From Eledone cirrhosa (Eukaryota): DNA of 64,000 nucleotides. The stretch is from assembly GCA_964016885.1 (NCBI GenBank), contig OZ024743.1, positions 76,570,001 to 76,634,000 on the forward strand, in the 5' to 3' direction. Shown piece by piece: positions 1 to 14,038 of this stretch (within the stretch, counting starts at the first letter, position 1; each line of letters starts with the position of its first letter). The translations under genes and the position numbers were made by a program. The notes below the pieces were generated by a model. The model was given only the letters and a program-made list of their open reading frames with translations. It was not told the DNA's origin and made no database searches.

Positions 1-3000
1 CTCGTCACACTGTCGCCGTCACCTGACAGTGTTAGTCTCGTCACACTGTCGCCGTCACCTGACAGTGTTAGTCTTGTCACACTGTCGCAGTCACCTGACA
101 ACGTTAGTCTCGTCACACTGTAGCCGTCGCCTGACAGTGTTAGTCTCGTCACATTGTCGCCGTCACCTGACAACGCTAGTCTCGTCACACTGTCACCGTC
201 ACCTGACAGTGTTAGTCTCGTCACACTGTCGCCGTCACCTGACAGTGTTAGTCTCGTCACACTGTCACCGTCACCTGACAGTGTTAGTCTCGTCACACTG
301 TCACCGTCACCTGACAGTGTTAGTCTCGTCACACTGTCGCCGTCACCTGACAGTGTTAGTCTCGTCACACTGTCACCGTCACCTGACAGTGTTAGTCTCG
401 TCACACTGTCGCCGTCACCTGACAGTGTTAGTCTCGTCACATTGTCACCGTCACCTGACAGTGTTAGTCTCGTCACACTGTCACCGTAACCTGACAGTGT
501 TAGTCTCGTTACACTGTAGCCGTCACCTGACAGTGTTAGTCTCGTCACATTGTCACCGTCACCTGACAGCGTTAGTCTCGTCACACTGTCACCGTCACCT
601 GACAGTGTTAGTCTCGTCACACTGTCGCCGTCACCTGACAGTGTTAGTCTCGTCACACTGTAGCCGTCACCTGACAGTGTTAGTCTCGTCACACTGTCAC
701 CGTCAACTGACAGTGTTAGTCTCGTCACACTGTCGCCGTCACCTGACAGTGTTAGTCTCGTCACACTGTCACCGTCACCTGACAGTGTTAGTCTCGTCAC
801 ACTGTCGCCGTCTCTTGACAGTGTTAGCCTCGTCACACTGTCACCGTCATCTGACAGTATTAGTCTCGTCACACTGTCGCCGTCACCTGACAGTGTTAGT
901 CTCGTCACACTGTCACCGTCACCTGACAGTGTTAGTCTCGTCACACTGTCACCGTCACCTGACAGTGTTAGTCTCGTAACACTGTCACCGTCACCTGACA
1001 GTGTTAGTCTCGTCACACTGTCGCCGTCACCTGACAGTGTTAGTCTCGTCACACTGTAGCCGTCACCTGACAGTGTTAGTCTCGTCACACTGTAGCCGTC
1101 ACGTGACAGTGTTAGTCTCGTCACATTGTCACCGTCACCTGACAGTCTTAGTCTCGTCACACTGTCACGGTCACCTGACAGTGTTAGTCTCGTCACACTA
1201 TCACCGTCACCTGACAGTGTTAGTCTCGTCACATTGTCACCGTCACCTGACAGTGTTAGTCTCGTCACACTGTCGCCGTCAATGACAGTGTTAGTCTCGT
1301 CACACTGTCACCGTCACCTGACAGTGTTAGTCTCGTCACATTGTCACCGTCACTTGACAGTGTTAGTCTCGTCACACTGTCACCGTCACCTGACAACGTT
1401 AGTCTCGTCACACTGTCACCGTCACCTGACAGTGTTAGTCTCGTCACACTGTCGCCGTCACCTGAAAACGTTAGTCTCGTCACACTGTCACCGTCACCTG
1501 ACAGTGTTAGTCTCGTCACACTGTCACCGTCACCTGACAGTGTTAGTCTCGTCACACTGTCACCGTCACCTGACAGTGTTAGTCTCGTCACACTGTCACC
1601 ATCACCTGACAACGTTAGTCTCGTCACATTGTCACCGTCACCTGGCAGTGTTAGTCTCGTCACACTGTCGCCGTCACCTGAGAGTGTTAGTCTCGTCACA
1701 CTGTCGCCGTCACCTAACAGTATTAGTCTCGTCACACTGTCACTGTCACCTGACAGTGTTAGTCTCGTCACACTGTCGCCGTCACCTGACAGTGTTAGTC
1801 TCGTCACACTGTCACCGTCACCTGACAGTATTAGTCTCGTCACACTGTCACTGTCACCTGACAGTGTTAGTCTCGTCACATTGTCACCGTCACCTGACAG
1901 TGTTAGTCTCGTCACACTGTCGCCGTCACCTGAGAGTGTTAGTCTCGTCACACTGTCGCCGTCACCTGACAGTGTTAGTCTCGTCACATTGTCACCGTCA
2001 CCTGACAGTGTTAGTCTCGTCACACTGTCGCCGTCACCTGAGAGTGTTAGTCTCGTCACACTGTCGCCGTCACCTGACAGTGTTAGTCTCCTCACACTGT
2101 CACCGTCACCTGACAGTGTTAGTCTCGTCACACTGTCACCGTCACCTGACAGTGTTAGTCTCCTCACACTGTCACCGTCACCTGACAGTGTTAGTCTCGT
2201 CACATTGTCGCCGTCACCTGACAGTGTTAGTCTCGTCACACTGTAGCCGTCACCTGACAGTGTTAGTCTCGTCACACTGTCACCGTCACCTGACAGTGTT
2301 AGTCTCGTCACACTGTCACCGTCACCTGACAGTGTTAGTCTCGTCACACTGTCACCGTCACCTGACAGTGTTAGTCTCGTCACACTGTCACCGTCACCTG
2401 ACAGTATTAGTCTCGTCACACTGTCACTGTCACCTGACAGTGTTAGTCTCGTCACATTGTCACCGTCACCTGACAGTGTTAGTCTCGTCACACTGTCGCC
2501 GTCACCTGAGAGTGTTAGTCTCGTCACACTGTCGCCGTCACCTGACAGTGTTAGTCTCCTCACACTGTCACCGTCACCTGACAGTGTTAGTCTCGTCACA
2601 TTGTCGCCGTCACCTGACAGTGTTAGTCTCGTCACACTGTCACCGTCACCTGACAGTGTTAGTCTCCTCACACTGTCACCGTCACCTGACAGTGTTAGTC
2701 TCGTCACATTGTCGCCGTCACCTGACAGTGTTAGTCTCGTCACACTGTAGCCGTCACCTGACAGTGTTAGTCTCGTCACACTGTCACCGTCACCTGACAG
2801 TGTTAGTCTCGTCACACTGTCGCCGTCACCTGACAGTGTTAGTCTCGTCACACTGTCACCGTCACCTGACAGTGTTAGTCTCGTCACACTGTCACCGTCA
2901 CCTGACAGTGTTAGTCTCGTCACACTGTCACCGTCACCTGACAGTGTTAGTCTCGTCACATTGTCACCGTCACCGGACAGTGTTAGTCTCGTCACACTGT

Positions 3001-4575
3001 CACCGTCACCTGACAGTGTTAGTCTCGTCACATTGTCACCGTCACCTGACAGTCTTAGTCTCGTCACACTGTCACGGTCACCTGACAGTGTTAGTCTCGT
3101 CACACTATCACCGTCACCTGACAGTGTTAGTCTCGTCACATTGTCACCGTCACCTGACAGTGTTAGTCTCGTCACACTGTCGCCGTCAATGACAGTGTTA
3201 GTCTCATCACACTGTCACCGTCACCTGACAGTGTTAGTCTCGTCACATTGTCACCGTCACTTGACAGTGTTAGTCTCGTCACACTGTCACCGTCACCTGA
3301 CAACGTTAGTCTCGTCACACTGTCACCGTCACCTGACAGTGTTAGTCTCGTCACACTGTCGCCGTCACCTGAAAACGTTAGTCTCGTCACACTGTCACCG
3401 TCACCTGACAGTGTTAGTCTCGTCACACTGTCACCGTCACCTGACAGTGTTAGTCTCGTCACACTGTCACCGTCACCTGACAGTGTTAGTCTCGTCACAC
3501 TGTCACCGTCACCTGACAACGTTAGTCTCGTCACATTGTCACCGTCACCTGGCAGTGTTAGTCTCGTCACACTGTCACCATCACCTGACAGCGTTAGTCT
3601 CGTCACACTGTCACCGTCACCTGACAGTGTTAGTCTCGTCACACTGTCGCCGTCACCTGACAGTGTTAGTCTCGTCACATTGTCACCGTCACCTGACAAC
3701 CTTAGTCTCGTCACACTGTCGCCGTCATCTGACAGTGTTAGTCTCGTCACACTGTCGCCGTCACCTGACAGTGTTAGTCTCGTCACACTGTCACCGTCAC
3801 CTGACAGTGTTAGTCTCGTCACACTGTCACCGTCACCTGACAGTGTTAGTCTCGTCACACTGTCGCCGTCACCTGACAGTGTTAGTCTCGTCACACTGTC
3901 ACCGTCACCTGACAGTGTTAGTCTCGTCACACTGTCGTCGTCACCTGACAGTGTTAGTCTCGTCACACTGTCGCCGTCACCTGACAGTGTTAGTCTCGTC
4001 ACACTGTCGCCGTCACCTGACAGTGTTAGTCTCGTCACACTGTCACCGTCACCTGACAGTGTTAGTCTCGTCACACTGTCGCCGTCACCTGACAGTGTTA
4101 GTCTCGTCACACTGTCACCGTCACCTGACAGTGTTAGTCTCGTCACACTGTCGTCGTCACCTGACAGTGTTAGTCTCGTCACACTGTCGCCGTCACCTGA
4201 CAGTGTTAGTCTCGTCACACTGTCACCGTCACCTGACAGTGTTAGTCTCGTCACACTGTCGCCGTCACCTGACAGTGTTAGTCTCGTCACACTGTCACCG
4301 TCACCTGACAGTGTTAGTCTCGTCACACTGTCGCCGTCACCTGACAGTGTTAGTCTCGTCACACTGTCGCCGTCACCTGACAGTGTTAGTCTCGTCACAC
4401 TGTCGCCGTCACCTGACAGTGTTAGTCTTGTCACACTGTCGCAATCACCTGACAACGTTAGTCTCGTCACACTGTAGCCGTCGCCTGACAGTGTTAGTCT
4501 CGTCACATTGTCGCCGTCACCTGACAACGTTAGTCTCGTCACACTGTCGCCGTCACCTGACAGCGTTAGTCTCGT
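1..4575. repeat. 36-bp tandem satellite (consensus CTCGTCACACTGTCACCGTCACCTGACAGTGTTAGT), ~127 copies, runs off the left edge
   Basis: Unit recurs every 36 nt and the ORFs translate as a 12-aa period. No spacers. Each unit has an internal inverted repeat ACACTGTCA/TGACAGTGT. Confidence 0.98.
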
Positions 4576-4659
4576 TTGTCCAACATCCGACAAGAGATAA
4601 TATTGTGTTTAATGGAGAAGTGGTGGACTTGTTGATAGGACAATAGGCAATAGGTTGGT

Positions 4660-4716
4660 ATAGTAGTAGTAGTAGTAGTGGTGGTGGTGGTGGTGGTGGT
4701 GGTGGTGGTGGTGGTG

Positions 4717-4774
<58 letters not shown>

Positions 4775-4775
4775 C

Positions 4776-4824
<49 letters not shown>

Positions 4825-4849
4825 ACAGTAGCAGTAGTAGTAGTAGTGA

Positions 4850-4882
<33 letters not shown>

Positions 4883-4883
4883 C

Positions 4884-4920
<37 letters not shown>

Positions 4921-4937
4921 ATAGTAGTAGTATTAAC

Positions 4938-4986
<49 letters not shown>

Positions 4987-5035
4987 ACAGTAGCAGTAGT
5001 ATTGAATTATGAGCAGTAACAATAGCAATAGTAGC
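4660..5035. repeat. (TAG)n/(TGG)n compound microsatellite
   Basis: Seen directly in the sequence. Confidence 0.95.
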
Positions 5036-5140
5036 AATTTCATTGCCCGTGAGAGAGAGGGGGAGGTAGAGCGAGATGGTGAGTGAATGAGTGTGTGCGC
5101 AAATGTGTATAAGCCGATGTCAACGAATTCAATACGGATA

Positions 5141-5560
5141 ATAATAATTGTTTCTACTTTTGGCACAAGGCCAGCAATTACACAGTGTATTACTGGTACT
5201 TTATTTTATCGACTCCGTAAGGATGAAAGGCAAAGTTAACCTCGGCGGGATTTGAACTCAGATCGTAAAGAGATGTAACTACGCTGGAGAGCATGTCTGA
5301 CTTTCTTCCAATACTGCCAATTCACCGGGATAATAATAATGGTTTCTGATCTAGACAGATGGTCAACAATTTTTGGTTTGGTGTGAGATGGGAAGAGAAA
5401 GTCGATTAAATCGACCCAGTACATTACTGGTACTTTATTCATTGACCCCGAAAGGATGAAAGGCAAAGCTAACCTCGACTGGGTTTGAACTGAGAAAGTA
5501 ACGAGTCTTAACTTATATGCTACAAAGTATGTCCGACGCTCAACCGAGTCTGTCAAACAC
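5141..5560 (-). mobile_element. Two adjacent tRNA-derived SINE copies (family 1, octopus OK/OR-like)
   Basis: Reverse complement has a B-box-like GAGTTCAAATCCCGCCGAGG and the body TTTGCCTTTCATCC...GTCGATAAAATAAAGTACCAG, shared with many other copies in the window. Confidence 0.85.
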
Positions 5561-5799
5561 CACCCACGTGGATGATACTAATCAAACGATTATTTCGGGG
5601 TTCAATTTCAATTAAAGTTAATTTATACTTTATATTACTCCGCGGCGAAATGGCAGAGTGGTTAGGGCGGCCCCTAGAATACTTTGCCCCATTTATTCCA
5701 ACTCTGTGAGTTCGAATCTCGTCGAGACTTGCTATAGTTCTTATAGTTATGAGGTTAATAAATAAAGTAGCGGTCAAGCTCTGACATCAATTTTCTCAC

Positions 5800-6020
5800 T
5801 TTCTCCTTCTCTGTCTTTCCTCTCTCTCTCTATCCCTCTCCTCTCCCTTTCTCTCTATCATCTTTTTCTCTCTCTCTTTATCCCCTCTCTTTTTCTTTTT
5901 CTCTCCCTCTCTCCCTCTCTCCCCATCTCTCTCACTCTCACTCTCCCCCACACCCTGCCCCTCTCCCGTCTCCCTCTCCCTCCCTCTCCCCCACAATCTC
6001 CCCCTCTCCCTCCTCTCCCT
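5800..6020. repeat. CT-rich low-complexity tract
   Basis: Seen directly in the sequence. Confidence 0.9.
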
Positions 6021-6486
6021 CCACAACATACTGTCAAACATTGTATTCCTGTCACCCTCCCGCCATTACAGTGTTATCGCTATCGCCATCTTTATCTAAC
6101 ATCTCCCCAAAATGCCTTGCTGTATTTTTCTGCTCGGATATTTTGAGGCCCTTTTAAAATACTTATCCCCTACCACTAAATAATACACGTAATCATTCAT
6201 CCTTAAAATTAAAACCCCTTTTTTTATCCATTAGTCACCCACCCCAACCCCACCCCTCATGTTTGTCTAACTAAACCCCCCCCCTCCCGCCCTCCTATTA
6301 ACCTTTGCCATATTAAATATAATATTAACCAAATTAACCTTTACAATTTCATCTTCTCTGTGCAGAACAGTTTTCTGTGTCTATGGAGACGCTACCCTTC
6401 ATGTTTGATAGATTCAAATATAAACCTCTTTGATACTGATCAATAACTCGCGAGACTTAGAAGAGCTTTTTTTTTATATCGAATAA

Positions 6487-7300
6487 CAATAATTATTTCT
6501 ACTTTTGGCACAAGGCCAGCAATTACTCCAGTACATTACTGGTACTTTATTTTATCGACCCCGTAAGCATGAAAGACAAAGTTATTAACCACGGCGGGAT
6601 TTGAACTCAGAACGAAAAGGGCCATAACTCTATGCTGTAAAGCATGGTGTCTGACGATCTACCGATACTGCCAATTCACCGCCAATTCATTATTATTTCA
6701 TAATGGCGGTGGATTGGCAGTATCGGTAGAGGGTCGGACGCCATGCTTAGCAGCAAAGAGTTACGGTCCTTTATGGTCTGAGTTCAAATCCTGCCGAGGT
6801 TAACTTTGCCTTTCATCCTTACGGGGTCGATAAAATAAAGTACCAGTAATGTACTGGGTATTTGCTGGTCTTGTGCCAAAAGTAGAACATTTATTACTCC
6901 ATATAACGGTGGTGGATTGGCAGTATTAGTAGAGCGTCGGACACCATGCTTGGTGGCATAGAGTCGTGACCCTTTACATTCTGAATTCAAATCCCGTCGC
7001 GGTTAACTTTACCTTTCATCCTTATGGGGTCAATGAAATAAAGTACCAGTCACGTACTGGGGTCGATTTAATCGACTTTTCCCTCCCCCAAAATTGCTGG
7101 CCTTGTGCCTATATAAGAAACCATTATTTCATACGCCCCTTTATGGATTTGATGCATAGAGTTACGGCCCTTGCCATTCTGAGTTCAAATCCCGCCGAGG
7201 TTCACTTTGCCTTTCATCTTTACGGGGTCGATAAAATAAAGTACCAGTAATGTACTGGGGTAATTGCTGGCCTTGTGCCAATAGTAGAAACAATTATTTC
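6487..7300. mobile_element. Cluster of four family-1 SINEs (6487-6685 minus; 6704-6895, 6907-7127 and 7155-7300 plus)
   Basis: Repeated head GGCGGTGGATTGGCAG, B-box GTTCAAATCC and tail CCTTGTGCC...AGAAACAATTATT. Confidence 0.88.
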
Positions 7301-7523
7301 ATATAAAACTCACGAATCTGTTTACGTATCATCTATGTTAGAGCGAAAAACGAAATTCTAATTTTTTTTGTTTCGTGTTTTTAATTGAATTCTCTCAATT
7401 CCAGCGATATCTTTTGACCACTCTATCTCACGAATTACATGTCTATACAAGAGTATATATATTAATATGGCCGACATATCAATTCTAGTAAACATACGCA
7501 TACGCCGATATATATATATATAT

Positions 7524-7700
7524 GGGAACATTTTCCTAGTACCCACTCTACTACCCTAAGTAGTCCAGAAATAGCTGTCGAAACGGCTTGAGCTCTGCCG
7601 TCGGGGCTAAACATTTTCCTATTACCCACTCTACTACCCTAAGTATTGAGTACTCTGCTACGTTATGGTCCATCTGGTTCCTTACCACACCTCCTTCGTT
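7524..7700 (+). mobile_element. TA-flanked dispersed repeat, Penelope-like pseudo-LTR fragment (family P1)
   Basis: Shares GCCGTCGAAACGGCTTGAGCTCTGCCGTCGGGG...TACCCACTCTACTACCCTAAGTATTGAGTACTC...TTCCTTACCAC with copies at 13.9, 15.3, 32.7, 42.1 and 44.0 kb. Always sits in (TA)n. The Penelope assignment is inference. Confidence 0.7.
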
Positions 7701-7756
7701 ATATATATTATATATATATATATATATAGTTATGTAATAAACAACATAAGAAATTA

Positions 7757-7816
7757 TTTTATTTACCAGTGGTTTCTTGAAAGCAATCAAAATTGCTTTC
7801 ATTCATCAGAATGAAA
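7757..7816 (-). ncRNA. Type-I hammerhead ribozyme motif (left arm of an inverted repeat)
   Basis: Minus strand reads tttcatt CTGATGA [a tgaaagcaat/attgctttca a] GAAA ccactgg TA aataaaa, with one stem-I mismatch. Confidence 0.7.
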
Positions 7817-7860
7817 AAATCCTAGTGTCTTTATTGACAGTGGATTTGACACCAGGATTT

Positions 7861-7920
7861 TTTCATTCTGATGAATGAAAGCAATTTTGATTGCTTTCAA
7901 GAAACCACTGGTAAATGAAA
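7861..7920 (+). ncRNA. Type-I hammerhead ribozyme motif
   Basis: Stem I TTTCATT/AATGAAA, core CTGATGA at 7868-7874, 10-bp stem II, GAAA at 7901-7904, stem III CCA/TGG, GUA cleavage triplet. Confidence 0.8.
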
Positions 7921-8021
7921 TAATTATCTTATGTTGTTTATTACATAACTAATAAGCTCTGTAACCTACATAGAGCACTCTTTTTTCCTGGACGTTTCCG
8001 ACGGTATCACTTCACATATAT

Positions 8022-8232
8022 ATATATAAAGAAAAAAAGATGAAATCGAAAATATATATATATTTATTTGGTTCCTTTACGGGTTTCGCAGTTCTTCTGC
8101 TTTTCAACCCTCCATCTCAACTCTACTTTTGAAAAGCAGAAGAACTGCGAAACCGGTAAAGGAACAAAATAAATAAATTTTTTTTTTTTTAAATAAGACT
8201 CCAGTTGCATTTTCGATTTCATCTTTTTTTCT

Positions 8233-8239
<7 letters not shown>
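8022..8239. repeat. Imperfect foldback (inverted repeat), Penelope-like remnant
   Basis: Arms 8063-8107 and 8129-8173, with outer arms 8022-8053 and 8209-8239. Contains GAAACCGGTA, which resembles a hammerhead 3' half. Confidence 0.7.
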
Positions 8240-8291
<52 letters not shown>

Positions 8292-8379
8292 TATCATAAA
8301 TCATGTCCTTAGAATTATTAGATAAAATATATACCATTTCCTCTCCCAATTAGCATAATTAACCATATAAAAAAATCAT

Positions 8380-8868
8380 TTTTTTTCTTCTTCTTCTTCT
8401 TCTTCTTCTTCTTCTTCTTCTTCTTCTTCTTCTTCTTCTTCTTCTTCTTCTTCTTCGTCTTCTTCTTTTTCTTCTTCTGTTTAAGAAAAAGTGACATAAA
8501 AGAAAACAACAATAGAACAACTAAACTACTTGACATTGCTTTTAACATTTGACTTTATCATTTGTCCAAGATGTATTGAATAGAAATGGCGTCCTCATCA
8601 TTTGACAACTCTATTGCCCCTCCCCCTCCCCCCTCTCTCTACCTTCTCCAAATTACACACAACAACAACAACAGCAGCAGCAGCAACAACAATAACAACA
8701 GCAACAACGACAACAGCAACAACGACAACAGCAACAACAGCAACAACAGCAACAATAACAGCAACAACAACAGTAACAACAACAACAACAACAATCGAGG
8801 TAGCCAAGCATGTCAGGTGGTAATAAGGTGCCACTTGATTCAATGATAACCAAAACACTGCTACTACA

Positions 8869-8933
<65 letters not shown>

Positions 8934-9067
8934 TACTACTACTGCTACTAATACTACTACTGCTACTAATACTACTGCTACTGCTACTGCTGCTACTACT
9001 ACTGCTACTACTCCTACTACTCCTACTACTACTGCTACTACTACTACTACTACAACCACTACTACTA

Positions 9068-9113
<46 letters not shown>

Positions 9114-11110
9114 CACTACTACTACTGCTACTACTACTACTACTACTACCACTACTGCTGCTGCTACTAATACTACTGCTACTGCTGCTACTACTACTGC
9201 TACTACTACTACTACTACTAGTAGTACTACTACTACTACTACCACTACTACTACTACTACTACTACTGCTAGTGCTACTACTACTACTACTACTGCTGCT
9301 GCTTCTGCTACTACTACTGCTACTACTACTACTACTACTACTACTACCACTACTACTACTACTACCCCTACTACTACCACTACCACTACTACTACTACTA
9401 TATAATGTCAGAAATCATTTTTACTTAACTTTATCATATTTTATCTTCTCGGAGCCAATAAAAGAATTATCATCAACGCCATTTCTATTGTTGTTGTGGT
9501 TGTTGTTGTGGTTGTTGTTGTGGTTGTTGTGCTGTTGTGCTGTTGTTGTTGTGGTTGTTGTGCTGTTGTTGTGTTGTTGTGCTGTTGTTGTTGTGGTTGT
9601 TGTTGTGGTTGTTGTTGTGGTTGTTGTTGTGTTGTTGTGTTGTTGTTGTTGTTGTGTTGTTATTGTGTTGTTGTTGTTGTGTTGTGTTGTTGTGCTGGTG
9701 TTGTTGTGTTGTTGTGTTGTTGTGTTGTGTTGTTGTTGTGTTGTTGTTGTTGTGTTGTTGGGTTGTTGTTGTGTTGTTATTGTTGTGTTGTTGTTCTTGT
9801 TGTGTTGTTGTGCTGTTGTTGTTGTTGTGTTGTTGTTGTTGTTGTTATAGTGTTCTTGTGTTGTTGTTGTGTTCTTGTGTTGTGTTGTGTTGTTGTGGTT
9901 GTTGTTGTTGTTGTTCTTGTTGTGTTGTTGTGTTGTGTTGATGTTGTGTTGTTGTGTTGATGTTGTGTTGTTGTTGTGTTGTTGTTGTGTTGTTGTGTTG
10001 TTGTGGTTCTTGTTGTGTTGTTGTGTTGTTGTTGTGTTGTTGTTGTGTTGTTCTTGTGTTGTTGTGCTGTTGTTGTTGTTGTGTTGTTGTTGTTGTTGTG
10101 TTGTTGTTGTGTTGTTGTTGTGTTGTTGTGGTTGTTGTGTTGTTGTGTTGTGTTGTTGTTGTGGTGTTGTTGTGGTGTGGTGTTGTTGTTGTGTTGTTGT
10201 TGTTGTGTTGTTGTGTTGTTGTTTTTGTGTTGTTGTTTTTGTGTTGTGTTGTCATTGTGTTGTTGTTGTTGTTGTTACTGTTGCTGTTGTTGCTGTTGTT
10301 GTTGTTGTTGTATTCTTGTGTTGTTGTATTGTGTTGTTGTGTTGTTGTGGTTGTTGTTGTGTTTTTGTGTTGTTGTGTTTTTGTTGTTGTTGTGTTGTTG
10401 TGTTGTTGTTGTGTTATTGTTGTTGTGTTGTGCTGTCGTTGTTGTGTTGTTGTGTTGTTGTTTTGTTGTTGTGTTGTTGTTGTTGTGCTGCGCTGTTGTT
10501 GTTGTGTTGTTGTGTTGTTGTGTTGTTGTTTTGTTGTTGTTGTTGTTGTTGTTGTTGTGGTTGTTGTGTTGTTGTGTTGTTGTTGTGTTGTGTTGTTGTG
10601 TTGTTGTGTTGTTGTGGTTGTTGTTGTGTTGTTGTTGTGTTGTTGTTCTTGATGTGTTGTTGTGCTGTTGTTGTTGTGTTGTGTTGTTGTTGTGTTGTTG
10701 TTGTGTTGTTGTTGTTGTTGTGTTGTTGTGGTTGTGTTGTTGTTGTGTTGTTGTGTTGTTGTTGTGTTGTTGTGTTGTTGTTGTGTTGTTGTTGTGTTAT
10801 TGTTGTGTTGTTGTAGTTGTTGTTGTGTTGTTGTTGTTGTGTTGTGTTCTTGTGTTCTTGTGTTCTTGTGTTCTTGTTGTGTTGTTGTTGTTGTATTGTT
10901 ATGTTGTTGTGTTGTTGTTGTTGTTGTTGTTGTTTCGTTGTTGTTGTGTTGTTGTTGTGTTGTTGTGTTGTTGTGTTGTTGTTGTGTTGTTGTGTTTTTG
11001 TTGTTGTGTTGTGTTGTTGTGTTGTAATTGTTTTGTTGTGTTGTTGTGTTGTTGTTGTTGTTGTTGTTGTGTTGTTGTGTTGTGTTATTGTTGTGTTGTT
11101 GTTGTTGTTA
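8380..11110. repeat. Compound trinucleotide microsatellites: (TTC)n 8385-8478, (CAA/CAG)n 8660-8795, (CTA)n 8858-9400, (TTG/TTGTG)n 9488-11110
   Basis: Seen directly. Explains the poly-V/L/C ORFs. Confidence 0.95.
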
Positions 11111-11261
11111 TTATTTTGTTTATTATTTTCCTTTTTTTATTTTATTTTATTTCATTCTTCATCTTTTTTCGTTTATTTCCTCTTCTTTAACAACTTTGTC
11201 GAACTTCTGAGAACAATGAAAGGTCTATTCTCTACTCACTCTCCCCACTCTGAAATTACAG

Positions 11262-11815
<554 letters not shown>

Positions 11816-12607
11816 GCTGGGAATATGGCTGAAATCTTCCCGAATAAGCATCTATTTAATGAGTCGTTATAACGTCAGATAAAATACTTTGCAGTATTCG
11901 GTCCAGTTCTCTGCAGTCTCTGAGTTCAAATCCTACCGGCGTCAACTTCGTATTTCATTTTTCTAAGGTCCAGTTTAACACCCGTGGACATGCCTACAAA
12001 ATCAGAAAACAGTTCAGCTCCCATGGCTTACGGAAACATTACGTTCAGAGTTGTTGTGACACTGCATCCTTCAAAACTTCCGTACTTTCTGAAAATCACC
12101 AAGACTACAGCTGATATTACCCCTCCATACACATGCACGCATGTACTGTATGTATATCATGACTTATACACTTCACTTTCCTGGCATTTGTACGTTATTC
12201 TATGTACTATACATACACCTTTGATGAGTTGTAGTGCACCTAAGCACTGTACACAATAATTTTCAATTATTAATTTTTTTTTAAATACATTGATTCTTAT
12301 TTAAAAGTTGGAGATGAACGTATTTTTTAAAAAATCCTTTGTGGTCTTTCTAGGTCGATAAATAAAATGACAGTCAAATGACCAATGATAAGAGGCAGAA
12401 CGGCCATTTGGAGCCGTCTTACAGTGATAGGGTCCTATAGACATCTCGGGTGTTTTAATGTGACTAGTGGGTCGTAGGTAAATACTGAGACATAAAATGT
12501 TCTGTTTGGCAGTTTAGTGACAAAACAGATACAGCGCCATACAACTTGTATTGGTGAGCAGGTTCAGAACAGTTAAACATGTAGGTTGTCCTTTTTGTGT
12601 TCAAACG

Positions 12608-12950
12608 TACACACAGACACACACACACTTACACACACACACACTTACATACACACACACACACACACATACACGCACACTTACAAACATACATACACAC
12701 ACATATGTACACACATACATACATACACACATACACACACATACACACACACACACTTACATACACACATACACACACACGCACACACATACATACACAC
12801 ACACACATGCATACATACACACACATACTCGCACATACTCATACATACACATACATACACGTACAAACACATACACACACATACACACACATATATACAC
12901 ATACATACATACACATATACATTCACACACACACATGCACATAGACACAC
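12608..12950. repeat. CA-rich degenerate microsatellite
   Basis: Seen directly in the sequence. Confidence 0.9.
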
Positions 12951-13011
12951 AGAATTTAATCTCCGTTCGTCATCAGGTGTAATGTTTGTCATATACATGT
13001 GTAGGGGGTAT

Positions 13012-13702
13012 AACTGACCCCACCATTGTTTAACTGGGTACAGATTCCACATGTGTTGGAGCTAGAACTGACCCCACCAATATTTAGCTCACCCCAGATT
13101 CCACATGTGTTGGATCTACAACTGACCCCACTAATACTCGGCCCCAGATTCCACATGTGTTGGAACTACAACTGACCCCACCAATACTCGGCCCCAGATT
13201 CCACATGTGTTGGAACTACAACTGACCCTACTAATACTCGGCCCCAGATTCCACATGTATTGGAACTACAACTGACCCCACCAATACTAGGCCCCAGATT
13301 CCACATGTGTTGGAACTACAACTGACCCTACTAATACTAGGCCCAAGATTCCACATGTGTTGGAACTACAACTGACCCCACCAATACTCGGCCCCAGATT
13401 CCACATGTCTTCGAACTACTACTGAGCCCACCAATACTCGGCCCCAGATTCCACATGTGTTGGAACTACAACTGACCCCACCAATACTCGGCCCCAGATT
13501 CCACATGTCTTGGAACTACAACTGACCCCACCAATACTCGCCCCCAGATTCCACATGTCTTGGAACTACTACTGACCCCACCAATACTCGGCCCCAGATT
13601 CCACATGTGTTGGAACTACAACTGACCCCACCAATACTCGCCCCCAGATTCCACATGTCTTGGAACTACTACTGACCCCACCAATACTCGCCCCCAGATT
13701 CC
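13012..13702. repeat. 50-bp minisatellite (GCCCCAGATTCCACATGTGTTGGAACTACAACTGACCCCACCAATACTCG), ~13 copies
   Basis: Period of 50 (13141, 13191, 13241...). The leftmost units are more diverged. Confidence 0.96.
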
Positions 13703-13861
13703 GATGGCCAGACAACACGGGTGTATGTATAACTTTTCAATTTCAATTTCTTGCCTCAAATTAACTATGGAGATATAAAAGATACAGAAGAGAAAACCAA
13801 TCCAAACCAAACTGAGTGTGTTTTATTATCATTTCTGGTAATATTATAATAATATGACCAT

Positions 13862-13986
13862 CCCCGTCGAAACGGCTTGTACTCTACCGTTGGGGTTAAA
13901 CATTTTCATATTACCCACTCTACTACCCTAAGTATTGAGTACTCTGGTGCGTTATGGTCCATCTGGTTCCTTACCACACCTCCTTC

Positions 13987-13990
<4 letters not shown>
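13862..13990 (+). mobile_element. Family P1 Penelope-like fragment
   Basis: Matches the 7570-7700 copy and is followed by (TA)n. Confidence 0.7.

Positions 13991-14038
<48 letters not shown>

Noticed and set aside
1-4575. CRISPR array (36-bp repeat with hairpin)
   Set aside because: Repeats are directly adjacent with no unique spacers, there are no cas genes, and the context is eukaryotic.
29-4646. Long ORFs of 300-690 aa (LTVLVSSHCHRH / SPSPDSVSLVTL / GDGDSVTRLTLS)
   Set aside because: They are translations of a 36-bp satellite open in several frames on both strands and broken by 1-bp deletions.
8480-8548. Signal-peptide-like first exon MSSSLVVLLLFSFMSLFL (minus strand)
   Set aside because: No splice donor follows and it runs into a (GAA)n microsatellite.
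13012-13702. CRISPR-like or coding repeat
   Set aside because: Plain 50-bp tandem repeat with no spacers.
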